Position numbers and translations under genes: made by a program. A stretch of 62,760 nt of DNA, the filler included, from Chiloscyllium plagiosum (taxonomy: Eukaryota), in the NCBI RefSeq assembly GCF_004010195.1. It is 3 parts of one record of this genome, joined end to end, with 100 filler letters (N's around TTAATTAATTAA, not from the genome) between each part and the next. Parts side by side here need not be neighbours in the genome. Positions count along the whole stretch, not along the records: positions 29,848 to 54,460 come from NC_057714.1; positions 54,561 to 62,760 come from NC_057714.1; 1 more part is not named here. The stretch is one strand, 5' to 3'. Positions within the stretch are counted from its first letter, which is position 1; every line of letters begins with the position of its first letter. Positions 50,496-61,800 of this stretch are shown here, one piece after another. The notes beneath the pieces were generated by a model. It did not search any database. It saw nothing but the letters and a program-made list of their open reading frames with translations, and was not told where the DNA came from.

Positions 50496-51069
50496 AACAA
50501 GGAGGATTTTGGGAAAGAATTCCAGAGAATTAGGCTGAAATCCAACAGTGGTAGAGCAAAGGCGAATTAAAAAGATGAGTTAGTTAACTGATTCAAATAT
50601 AAGGGGGAAATTAGCAACTCAGGGAGTCTGCATGGAAAAGAGAGGATAAGTGGAATATTGTGTAAGATACGATTGGTAACAGTGCTGAGTAACATGAGCT
50701 GGGGCAGGGTTGGAGGCCCGACAGGCTGGAAATGGGAGGTCTTTGTCATGTCTGTATGTCCATAGAACTTAAATTCAGCTCAATTTCAAGGTTGATAAGG
50801 ATGCAGGATCCCAAAAGTCATGTTTAAATTAACAGAAGAGCCAGGATAGAAATCTTTGACAGAAGTTAAGCAACATAGGAACAGGAGCAGACCTTCCAGT
50901 TCCCTGAGCTCTTTGTTACCTTTCAATGAGATCAGAGCTGTTCATAACCTTAACACCATCCACCTGACTTGGCTCCATATCCTTTTACATCCTGAGCGAG
51001 CAAAAATATGTCAATCTCAGATTTAAAACTACCGGGCTCTCATCCTTTGGTATTTGTGGAAGTGTTCCA

Positions 51070-52640
51070 ATTACAGGCCAGTGAGTCTCACATCACTGCT
51101 AAGGAACTTATTGGAAAAATTCTGAAGCTCAAAATTAATCACCGCTTAGAGACCAGGTTTGATCAGAGATCGTCAGGACAGTTTTGTCAGAGGAAGATCA
51201 TGCTTTGCAAATTGGATTGATTTTATTTTTGATGCAGTGTCCAGGTGTGTAGGAAGGCAGTGCTGTTGATGTAGTTTATGGATTTCAGCAAAGATCCTAG
51301 ATTGGAGACTGATAAAAGATGTTAAAAGCACAAGGGACCCAGGGTAAGTTGGCACGTAGGACCCACAACAGACTTGGTGGCAGGGGACAGAGGACAGTGG
51401 TAGGAGGCTGTTTATAAATCTGGATGCCAAATAATTTTGCAGTGACACAAAAATTGGCTGACTGGTTGACAATGAGGAAGAAGGTCTTAGGAAGAAGGTT
51501 GTAGGAGGATATAAAGATATTTGTCAGATAGGCAGATGGAAGTTAATCCTGTTCGGTGAAAGGTGATGTACTTGGGAAGAAGTAATAAGACAAGCAAGTA
51601 TGAAATGAAAAGCGGGACACTAGGAAACTCAATGGAACATCGCAATTTTGGGGTGTTTGTCTATAAATCCCTGAAGGTGGCAGAACAGGTTGGGTAGAAC
51701 ATAGAACATAGAAGAATACAGCGCAGTACAGGTCCTTTGGCCCTCGATGTTGCGCCGATCCAAGCCCACCTAACCGATACTAACCCACTATCCTCCATAT
51801 ACCTATCCAATGCCCGCTTAAATGCCCATAAAGAGGGAGAGTCCACCACTGCTACTGGCAGGGCATTCCATGAACTTACGGCTCGCTGAGTGAAGAACCT
51901 ACCCCTAACTTCAGTCCTATATCTACCCCCCCTTAATTTAAAGCTATGCCCCCTTGTAATACCCGACTCCATACGCGGGAAAAGGTTCACACTGTCAACC
52001 CTATCTAACCCCCTAATCATCTTGTAGATAAGATAGTTAAGATAGCATATGGGACGCTTTCCTTTATAAGTTGCGGCACCTAATTTTAAGAACAGGGAGG
52101 TTATACTGGAACTGTACAAAACTTTGGTTAGTGTATAGCTTGAGTTCTGGTCAACTCAATCTCAGAAGGACATGATTGCACTCGAGGAGCACAGAGGAGA
52201 TTCAGGATGTTACCTACAATGGAGTATTTTATCTCTAAAGAGAGGCCGAATATGCTTGAATTGCTTTAATTAGAGCAGAAAAGACTGAGAGGGGACCTGA
52301 TTGAGGTGTATAAGTTTGAGAGGCACGTACAACATGCCTCTCTATAAAGCAGCTGTTCCCCTTAGCTAAAGTGTCAATAACAAGGAAGCACAATTCTAAT
52401 CCAAAAGGCATAAGGTTGAGAAGGGGGTTTAAGGAAAAGTTTTTTTCACCCAGAATCTAGAATGTCCTGCCTGGAAGGGTAGTTGAGGCAGGAAACCTCA
52501 CAACCTTTAAAACAGTACCTGGACGAGCAGTGAAATGTCATAACATTCAGAGCTTTGGGTCAAGTGTTGCAAAGTGGTATTTAAACGATCATTTGACAAT
52601 GTGCACTCAGTGAACCAAAAGGCCTCTTCAGTATTAAATA
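51070..52640 (+). mobile_element. Old CR1 ORF2 RT region and 3' end, host to a younger CR1
   Basis: RPVSLTS..GK, DVVY.DFSK, LRGDLIEVYK remnants. Confidence 0.8.
51695..52026 (-). mobile_element. Young CR1 3' end nested in older CR1
   Basis: Open frame YKMIRGLDRVD...TRGHSFKLRGG...FFTQRAVSSWNALP; CpG-rich; (TTCTATG)n tail. Confidence 0.92.
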
Positions 52641-53309
52641 ATTTCCTGAGTTCATCAAATGACCCTTTGCATGAAAAAGTAACTTTGTTACATAATGCCT
52701 GGCTCTGACCTATTACCCCACAGGAAGGACTTCTCTCCATCTACCCTATCAATTCTTTTCTAAATTCTAAAAATCTGAATCTCATCATCTGACAACCTTC
52801 TGGCGACAGTGAATCCAAGCTTCAATTACGTCATCCAACTGCTGAAGTCCTGTCAATGTTCGACTCAAACTGTGCTGCATTCCTTTCAAAAAAGTCTTGC
52901 TGAAATTCCCCAGTATAATGGCCAGTATAGTACACAAGATGTGGTCAAACCAACAGTTTATACAGCTGTTGCAATATTTTCACACTTTTTATTTTAGGCC
53001 TTGGGTTCTAAAGGCTTGTTCCATTTTTGAGTCTTTTTCTTTGTACCTGACTACATCATTTTTGTGCTTTGTGCACACCGACTTCTAAATCCCTTAGATC
53101 TCAAACTGTTCCCAGCTTTTCACAAAATTAATTCTCATTTCCAACCACTTCTGGTCAAGAATGGATTACTTCACACCTACTTTCATGGAAATTGATTTGC
53201 CAAACATCTCCCAGTAACTTAATTAGCAAATCTACATGTTTATGATCTTACCTACACTAAGTACTTATTCCATCAATCCCATAGTTGTGACAAAGTTTAT
53301 GCATGCCTC

Positions 53310-53945
53310 TTCAGAGAAGGAAGTGAGGACTGCAGCTGCTGGAGATCAGAATCGAGAGTGTGGTGCTAGAAAAGCACAGCAGGCCAGACAGCATCCAACA
53401 GGCAGAAGAATCAACATTTTGGGCATAAGCCCTTCATCAGGAATTAGGCTTGTGGGGCGGGGGGCTGAGAGATAAATGTAAGGTGGGGTTGGGGCTGGGG
53501 GTAAAGTAGCTCAGAATGCGATGGGTAGATGAAGGTGAGGGAGGGTGGAGTGGATACATGGGAAAGACAATGAACTAGTCAGGAGGGTGGTGCTGAGTTA
53601 GACTGAGTGTTGAGGGGGACTGGGATAAGGTTGGGTTAGGGGTTAGGAGAAATGAGCAAACTGGTCAAATCCACATTAATCCCATGTGGTTGCAGGGTAT
53701 CAAGGCAGAAGGTGAGGCCTTCTTCCTCCAGGTGTCCAGGGTGGTTAGGGTTTGGTGATGGAGAACGCCCAGGACCTGCATGTCCTTAGTAGAGTGGGAG
53801 GGGGAGTTGAAGTGTTCAGCCACGGGACAGTGGGGTTGGTTGGTGCGGGTGTCCCAGAGATGTTTTCTGAAACGATCCGCAAGTTGGCATCCTGTCTCCC
53901 TGATGTAGAGGAGACCACATCGGGTGCAACAGATACTGTACATGA
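53310..53945 (-). mobile_element. Penelope-like element 3' part (family A)
   Basis: YSICCTRCGLLYIRETGCQLADRFRKHL...HFNSPSH; hammerhead at 53413-53440 with GAAA mutated to AAAA. Confidence 0.9.
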
Positions 53946-54460
53946 CATTTGTTCAAAGTTTGTGAGAAGATTTGTAGCTCGGGTGCTCGTTGTTGTGGTT
54001 CTGTTCACCGAGCTGGAAATTTTTGTTGCAAACATTTCGTCCCCTGTCTAGGTGACATCCTCAGTGCTTGGGAGCCTCCTGTGAAGCGCTTCTGTGGCGT
54101 TTCCTCCGGCATTTATAGTGGCCTGTCCCTGCCGCTTTCGGTTGTCAGTTTCAGCTGTCCGCTGTAGTGGCCGGGGCTAGGTGACATCCTCAGTGCTTGG
54201 GAGCCTCCTGTGAAGCGCTTCTGTGGCGTTTCCTCCGGCATTTATAGTGGCCTGTCCCTGCCGCTTTCGGTTGTCAGTTTCAGCTGTCCGCTGTAGTGGC
54301 CGGTATATTGGGTCCAGGTCGATGTGTTTGTTGATGGAGTTTGTGGATGAGTGCCAAGCTTCTAGGAATTCCCTGGCTGTTCTTTGTTTCGCTAGCCCTA
54401 TAATGGTAGTGTTGTCCCACTCGAATTCATGTTGCTTGTCGTCTGCGTGTGTGACTACTA
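53946..54460 (-). mobile_element. Penelope-like element 3' part (family C), cut by gap, with internal 127-bp tandem duplication
   Basis: HADDKQHEFEWDNTTIIG...AREFLEAWHS..NSINKHIDLDPIYRPL; 54048-54174 is identical to 54177-54303. Confidence 0.88.
54028..54067 (-). ncRNA. Minimal type-I hammerhead ribozyme motif (family C)
   Basis: GCA-CUGAGGA-U-GUCACCU(AGAC)AGGGGAC-GAAAU-GUU-UGC; one probable CpG transition in stem III. Confidence 0.65.
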
Positions 54461-54560
54461 NNNNNNNNNNNNNNNNNNNNNNNNNNNNNNNNNNNNNNNN
54501 NNNNTTAATTAATTAANNNNNNNNNNNNNNNNNNNNNNNNNNNNNNNNNNNNNNNNNNNN
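54461..54560. other. Assembly gap linker N44-TTAATTAATTAA-N44 (artificial)
   Basis: Same 100-nt construct as 29748-29847. Confidence 0.97.
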
Positions 54561-55972
54561 TTCAAGCCACTTTCCTGTTTACATGCACCCTCCTTTGGAG
54601 TTGATGTCATGTTCCTAGCCTCCCTACACTCCAGGTCCTGCACCCTAAAGCTACAGTCTGGGTTCCCATGCCCCTGCAGAGTTAGTTTAAACCCCCCTCA
54701 AGAGCACTAGCAAACCTCCCGCCAAGGGTACTGGTGCCCCTCAGGTTCAGGTGTAGGCCATCCTGTTTATAGAGGTCCCACCGTCCCCAGAAAGAACCCC
54801 AGTTATCCAAAAACCGGAATCCCTCCCTCCTGCACCATCCCTGTAGCCACGCATTTAACTGTTCTCTCTCCCTATTCCTCGACTCTCTATCACGTGGCAC
54901 GGGTAACAAACCAGAGACACCAACTCTGTTCGTTCTAACTCTGAGCTTCCAACCTAGCTCCCTGAAAGCCTGTCTAACATCCTCGGCACTCCTCCTACCT
55001 ATGTCGTTGGTGCCAATATGGACCACGACTTCGGTCTGCTCCCCCTCCCCCTCCCGGACCCCGAAACCACGATCAGAGACATCACGTACCCTTGCACCTG
55101 GGAGGCAACATACCAAACGTGAGTCTCTCTCGTTCCCACAAAACCGCCTATCTGTGCCCCTAACTATCGAGTCCCCAATTACTACTGCTCTGCTCTTCTT
55201 CACCCTTCCCTTCTGAGTAACGGGGACCGGCTCCGTGCCAGAGACCTGAGCCCCGTTACTTACCCCTGGTAAGTCATCCCCCCCACAAGTATCCAAAACG
55301 GTATACTTGTTCTTGAGGGGAGTGGCCGCAGGGGGTCCCTGCACTGGCTGCTTCCTCCCAGTCCCCCTCACTGTCACCCATCTATCTGCCATCTTTGGAG
55401 TTACTACTTCCCTATAACTCTGATCTATGACCCCCTCTGCCTCCCGAATGGTCCGAAGTTCATCCAACTCCAGCTCCAGTTCCCTAACACGGTCTTGGAG
55501 GAGCTGGAGATGGGTGCACTTCCTGCAAGTGTAATCGGCAGGGACGTCGATGGCATCCCTCACCTCATACATTTTGCAGGAGGAACATTGCACTGCTTCC
55601 ACTGCCATCCCCCTAAAGCTAACTTTTTTTTTAAAAAAAAACTGGGTCTAAAGAATACAACAAGCAAAATTCAGCACTTACCTACTTACCACAACAGATG
55701 TTATTATTAGGTTAGAGGAGGAGGGCGGGGGGGAGGCACTACCTGTGTAGTGCCTCGGGTTCCTCTCCTTCGCGCTTTTAAAGGGGGAAAAAACCTACCC
55801 AGGTAAGCTTACCCTAACTGCTTCCGGGTCTCGGCTGCCCCTCTGGTCGTCGTCACTTCCCCCTGGTGCTCCCGCTCTTTCTGTGAAGAGAGAGTGAAAG
55901 AGAAAAAAAAAACACCGCTGCCCGCTACCGGTAAGTACTTTTAAAACCAAATGGTCTTACCTTCGCTGCTGC
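54561..55972 (-). mobile_element. Young CR1 LINE 5' end (5' UTR plus intact ORF1); ORF2 lost in the gap
   Basis: CpG-rich 5' UTR 55609-55972, uninterrupted ORF1. Confidence 0.9.
54682..55608 (-). CDS. CR1 ORF1 protein, 308 aa: Cys zinc-finger-like motif, coiled coil, SGNH/GDSL esterase
   Basis: CSSC...CRKC; LQDRVRELELELDELRTI heptads; GDSIV, PGA, HIGTND and DGLH esterase blocks. Confidence 0.9.
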   Translation of the reverse strand: MAVEAVQCSSCKMYEVRDAIDVPADYTCRKCTHLQLLQDRVRELELELDELRTIREAEGVIDQSYREVVTPKMADRWVTVRGTGRKQPVQGPPAATPLKNKYTVLDTCGGDDLPGVSNGAQVSGTEPVPVTQKGRVKKSRAVVIGDSIVRGTDRRFCGNERDSRLVCCLPGARVRDVSDRGFGVREGEGEQTEVVVHIGTNDIGRRSAEDVRQAFRELGWKLRVRTNRVGVSGLLPVPRDRESRNREREQLNAWLQGWCRREGFRFLDNWGSFWGRWDLYKQDGLHLNLRGTSTLGGRFASALEGGLN

Positions 55973-56000
55973 TCACATTCTGTTCACTCTTAAAAAAAAA

Positions 56001-56780
56001 GAACAGGAGTGTAGAGCCTGGCTGTCTCTGGAGAAGGAGCACGCGGTGGCCACCAACATCCTGGAGTTGTTCAGGGAGAGGTGGGCACCGCAGGGAGTGG
56101 AGCGCATTATTTCCCCCTCCAATTTTATTTTGATTTAATCCCTGCCCTGCCCTGATTGATCACACGGCATTGCCCTTTGATGTGAAGGGCACTGCTTGTC
56201 ACTGGTCACTCGGGTGTTTGTTTTCTTCCTGGTGGTGGAAACTGAATAAAGATTCGTTCACATTGTGTCTTTCACTGTGTCTCACACCTGTACACACACA
56301 CAACATGGGTGCTGGGGAAATAAATAAGCACGACCGCAGTTAGGCGGTAGTGTGGGGGAAAATAAAAAGGAAAAAACATAAATAGGATAAAAAGAAAATG
56401 AACAGGAGTGTAGAGCCTGGCTGTCTCTGGAGAAGGAGCACGCGGTGGCCACCAACACCCTGGAGTTGTTCAGGGAGAGGTGGGCGCCGCAGGGAGGGGA
56501 GTGCATTATTTCCCACTCCAACTCTATTTTGATTTAATCCCTGCCCTCCCTTCACTGTTTGATCACATGGCATTGCCCTTTGATGTGAAGGGCACTGCTT
56601 GTCACTGGCCACTTGGGTGTTTCTTTTTTTCCTGGTGGTAGAAACGGAATAACGATTTGTACACCTGTTGTCTTTCACTGTGTCTCACACCTGCACACAC
56701 ACAACATGGTGCTAGGGGAAAATTTAAGCACTACTGCAGTAAAAAATAGAAAACAAAAGAGGAGAAAAGAACAAGAGTGT
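56001..56780 (+). mobile_element. Two head-to-tail Tx1 3'-end copies separated and flanked by a 12-bp repeat
   Basis: Units 56001-56399 and 56400-56768 match 62347-62550; GAACA(G/A)GAGTGT at 56001, 56400 and 56769; A-rich tails. Confidence 0.88.
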
Positions 56781-58062
56781 CACAAGAGTGTCCAAAATGA
56801 CTTGTTGTGGAATACAGGCCTCTGTGGAGTTATTTCAATGACGATGAGAGAGAAGCATTCTGAAGGAATTTGTTTGGAAAAGTTGTGGTTTGGGAAGCTT
56901 GACTCATTCAATTCTGACATTGAAGATTGGAGAGAATGCGATATATTTTTCAGGCAAATGACATTGGGGCAAATGAAAAGCAGTAAGTAATTCTTTTTAC
57001 AGCTTTTTTCGGTTATTCAGAACTTAAATTTCTCTGAGGCAGCAGTTACTAAAACTTTTCAAGAATTGACAGATTTAGCTAAGGAATATTATGACCCCAA
57101 GCTTCCTCCAATGTTGGCAGTTTTACTCAGGAATTTGAGAACTAGGGGAATCTGTATCAAGATTTTTGTCTAGGTTAAGACATCTGGCAGAGGCAAATGA
57201 CTTTGGCTTAACCATTAATGAGATGTTCACAGAATGTTTGGTATGTAGGATTAAAGATATAATCGTGCAAAAGCACCTACTAACTGAAGCCCAATTCAAC
57301 TTCAAACAGGCACTATAACTGGCTTTATCATTTGAAACTTCAGCAACTGGAGCATATATGAGTTGCTGTGGACTCCAACCCTCAAGTTTATGCAAGACCA
57401 CAGCTACACTGAGAGCCTGTACTGGCAAACCATTACAGATTAAGGGTAAAGCTTCAGTTCCAGTCTCTTATGAGAAGTGGCTGATTCAGTTACCACCAAT
57501 TGTAATAAAAGGCTCGGGACCAAGCTTGATGGGGCAAAATTGGTTGAGAAAGATTCATTTAGATTGGCTCAATATTTTTCGATTTGAAAATGGCTGCCTC
57601 AGTGAAGTCCCTATAAAGTGGACACCTATGCCAGGCCAATATAGCTTGGGGAACAGCACTTCACTGAAGGCAATTGACAGCCTCACTCAGGACATATCTT
57701 GAACAGAGGGACTGAGTCAGCTCATATCAAAACCTCAAAACAAAGCCAAGCCTCGGCTGAATGGTTAAATTCTTTTTAGGATTTGGACTGGCAAGCTACT
57801 ATAGTTGCTGCCAGTATGTGGATTTGAGACAGCAAAGCATCCCTCTATATCTAAATTGATAAGACAACTCCAAGGCTAGTATCCAGGAGAATGTATACAC
57901 TGGAAGGTTAACCTACATTTGGTTTGGAACAATTAGGTTGCTGAGCAACATCCAAATCAGGACCAATCAAAATAAACATCTGGTTAAATGATCACCTGAT
58001 TCTAACAAAAGTCAATACTGGCGTGGTCATTTCAGTGATTACAGAACCATCTTCATTGACAA

Positions 58063-58099
58063 ACACCTGATGAAGGAGCGTCGCTCCGAAAGCTAGTGT
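58063..58099 (+). ncRNA. Minimal type-I hammerhead ribozyme, intact
   Basis: ACAC-CUGAUGA-A-GGAGC(GUC)GCUCC-GAAAG-CUA-GUGU. Confidence 0.8.
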
Positions 58100-58188
58100 G
58101 CTTCCAATTAAACCTGTTGGACTATAACCTGGTGTTGTGTGATATTTAACTTTGTATGCCCCAGTCCAACACCGGCATCTCCGAATCT
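58064..58188 (+). mobile_element. Penelope-like solo terminal fragment (family B) inside Gypsy pol
   Basis: Near-identical to the reverse complement of 14180-14302. Confidence 0.88.
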
Positions 58189-58527
58189 TGATTAAATGTG
58201 TCCTGGATCCCACGTCAGAGTTTAGATCTTTCCTTGGGTTGGTGAGTTATTATGGCAAGTTCATCTATAACCTGACCTCCATCCCTGGCACCTTTGCCAC
58301 AACTCTTAAAAAAAGGGCCAGCTCTGGAAATGGTGGCATAATGAAGCTATAGCCGTCAGGGAAGTGAAGAAACAGCCATCATCCTCTAAGGTGCTGGCAC
58401 ACTATCATCCGAAGCAAGATCTGGTATTGACATGTGATGCCTTCCCATATGGCATCGAGACAGTACTAACTCATGGGTGGCCCAATGAAGAGGAACACCT
58501 AACAGCATATTCATCCAGAACTTTGTC

Positions 58528-58608
58528 CATAGAATCCTATAGTTTGGAAGCAGGCCACTCGGTTCATCGAGTCCACACTGACCCTCCAAAGAACATCCCT
58601 CCCAAACT
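58528..58608 (-). mobile_element. HE1-type SINE 3' tip
   Basis: Similar to 19027-19105. Confidence 0.7.
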
Positions 58609-58818
58609 CTAATACGGAGTGCAATAATTACAAGTTGGACTAGAGTCTGGGAGGCCAAGTAGCAAATGTATATGCATTGACCTGCCTCCTGGTGGCAGAT
58701 ACACCAATGGTGGTACTGGCACTGAAACAGTCTATAATTTTTAAAAATTTTCAAGATACACTTTCAGTCACAGCTGACAATATCAAACATTGGATGCAGA
58801 AAGATCCAGTCCTGGCAT

Positions 58819-61800
58819 TTTCAGCCGGAGATCTTGGGGGTCAGGGAGCCCGTGCCAGGCCGTTTGCTTCATCTGACGGTTCGGCTGGGGGGGGCGCGGT
58901 GCTTCACTTGGTGAACGTCTATGCTACCCTGGCTGGGCCGAGGCAAGCGAGCTTTATCGCAGAAGTGTCCGCTCATCTCGCCTCCATCGACAAGAGCTAG
59001 TGCGTCGTCCTCGGGGGAGATTTTAAGTGCGTCCTCGAGGGCAGGGACCACAGCAGTGCCCGCACCGGTTGGGCGTCGGGGGAGAAGGTTGGGGGACCTG
59101 GTCAAGTCCTTCGACCTGGTGGACGTCTGGCGGAATCTCCATCCCGACTCCATCGCCTTCACCTTCGTGAGGCCTGGGATCGGAGCGTCAAGAATTGACC
59201 GGCTGTACGTTTCTTGGGCGTATGCCTCCTGTTTTCCGAAGGCCTCCACGCGGCAGGTGTCGTGCACGGACCATCACCTGGTGTGGGCGGAACTCCTTCC
59301 GTTCAGCGCCAGGCTCGGCTCCGCGTACTGGCACTTTAACAACCTGCTGCTGGAGGACGAGCGGTTCCGGGACTCGTTTCGTCGTTTCTGGGCCGGCTGG
59401 AGAAGCAAGTGGGGAAGCTTCCCCTCCCTGAGGCTATGGTGGGATGTGGGCAAGGCTCACGTTCGCGTCTTCTGTCAGGGGTACGCGAGGGGTTCGATAC
59501 AGTGGTGGAAATCCAGGATCGGGGAGCTGGAGAGGGAGATGCTCGACCTGGAGTCACGCCTCGGTCAGCCCAACGCGGACCCGGCCCTGTGCGGGGTGTA
59601 TGAAGAGAAGAAGGCCGTGCTCCGGGACCTGCAACTCGTTGGGGCTCGAGACGCGTATGTGTGGTCGTGGATCCAGCTCCTCCAGGACCTGCACCGCGGC
59701 TCCCCCTTCTACTCGCTGGAAAAAAGGCGTGGCACCCGTCAGCAGCTCCTTGTGCTGCTGGCCGACGACGTGTCCCTCGTCTCGGATCCGGAGGGGATCA
59801 GGGCTCACGTTCGAAACTATTACACGGCTCTGTTCTCTCCGGATCCGTCCAGTGAGGATGCTCGCAGAGTTCTGTGGGTGGACCCTCCGCAGCTCGGCCT
59901 GGAGGATGCTGGAAGGCTCGACGCTCCCGTCACTTTAGAGGAGCTGACCGGCGCCCTCGACCGTCTCTCGAGGGGCAAGTCCTGACTGTGGAGTTCTTCA
60001 GGGCGTTCTGGGACGTCCTGGGGAGCGACTATGCACAGGTCCTGGGGGAGTGTCTAAATGGCGGAGAGCTGCCCCTTTCTTGGTGCAGGGTGGTCATCGT
60101 CCTGCTGCCAAAGGGGGACCTTCGTTCTTTAAAGAACTGGCGTCCGGTCTCCCTCCTCAGCACGGATTACAAAATCATCGCCAGGGTGTTGTCTTCTCGC
60201 CTGGCCTCCGTGCTGGCCCACATGATTCACCCGGAACAGTCCTACATGGTCCCGGGCCGGAGGATACACGACAACGTCCACCTGGTCCGGGACCTGATCC
60301 ATTTCTGTCGACGGGCTGGTCTGCCGAGCGCCTTCCTGTCTCTCGACCAGGAGATAGCGTTCGACAGGGTTGATCACGAGTACCTGCTCGGGACTCTGCG
60401 GGCATTCGGGTTCAGGACGCAGTTCGTCGCCCGGATCCGACTTTTGTACGCCGCCGCAGAGTGTCTGATTAAAGTTAACGGGTCCCTGACGTTGCCCCTT
60501 CGCTTCGGGAGAGGAGTGCGTCAAGGCTGCCCCCTGTCCGGCCAGCTGTATTCCCTGTGCGTGGAGCCTTTCCTGCACCTCTTGTGGAGGAGGTTGTCGG
60601 GGCTGGTTCTGTGCGGCACGGGCACGGGGATGGTCCTCTTGGCCTACGCCGACGACGTGCTCCTCACTTTCACCGACCCGGCTGACCTGGGGAGGATGCG
60701 CGAGTGCCAGGCCGTGTACTCGGCAGCGTCTTCCGTCAGGATCAACTGGGCCAAATGTTCCGGACTACTGGTCGGTCCGTGGCGGGTGGCCTCTCTGCCA
60801 GAGGAGTTATGGGGGTTCAGCTGGAGTACCACCCATCTCCTCTACCTGGGGGTCTACCTCAGCCCGGCTGAGGAATCCTGGTCAGCCAACTGGCAGGAGC
60901 TGGAGGCCAAAGTCTTGGCTTGCCTAGGCCGCTGGACAGGACTGCTCCGAGTGTTATCTTACAGGAGTCGAGTGCTGGTCATAAACCAGCAGGAGGCCGC
61001 CATGCTGTGGTACCGGCTGGTCACTTTGGTCCCTCCTCCTGGCTTTGTCGCTGACATCCAGAGAATGTTGGTCGACTTCTTCTGGGACAAAAAGATGCAC
61101 TGGGTCGCCGCGCAGGTTCTGAGTCTCCCTGTTGAGGAGGGCGGTCAGTCGCTGGTGTGCGTCCGCACCCAGGTCGCGACGTTCCACCTTCAGACCTTGC
61201 AGCGATACCTTTACGTCGAGCCTCCTCCTAGGTGGTGCGCCCTGGCGACGTATTTTTTCCGCCAGGTGCGTAACCTCAACTTCGACACGCAGCTCCTGTT
61301 CGTCGACTGTGACGGTTTGGAGGTCGCTATGAAGACGCTGCCTGTCTTTTACCAGGACCTGATCACTGTCTGGAACACTGTCGAATCGTGCCGCGCCTAC
61401 CCTCCGGCTGGAGTAGCAGCTGTCGTTGGGGAGCCGTTGCTCAGGAATCCGCACCTCCGTACTCGCGGGTTCGAGTGGCTGTCGGAGGGGAGGGCTGTGG
61501 CGGCGAGGGCGACCAGGGTCGGGGACATGCTGGGTGCCGGGGGCCTGGGCTGGACGCTACCGCACGACATAGCGAGCAGGGCAGCGGTAGACGTCCAGTA
61601 CGTGGCCACCGCCATCCGACGCCTTAAAACGACGGTGCTCGGACCTGACATAATGCACCAGTTGGAGGACGCTCAGGTGTGCAGTGGGATCCCGTCCGCG
61701 CTCACCCCAGCCCGGACGGAATTTCACATTAGCCCCAAGGTCCCGTACTTCCCGCGGGAGCCTGTGCCCCACAACCTGAGCCGCCTCCGGAATTTTAATT

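Larger units (their letters stand above)
55973..58818 (+). mobile_element. Decayed Gypsy element (LTR pieces, gag, protease, RT end, RNase H), same family as 24827-27728
   Basis: LTR end GGCCTCTGTGGAGTTATTTCA near 56837; FGKLDSF...EDW; GSGPSLMGQNWL; FRSFLGLVSYYGKFI; LVLTCDAFPYGI...AYSSRTLS. Confidence 0.85.
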
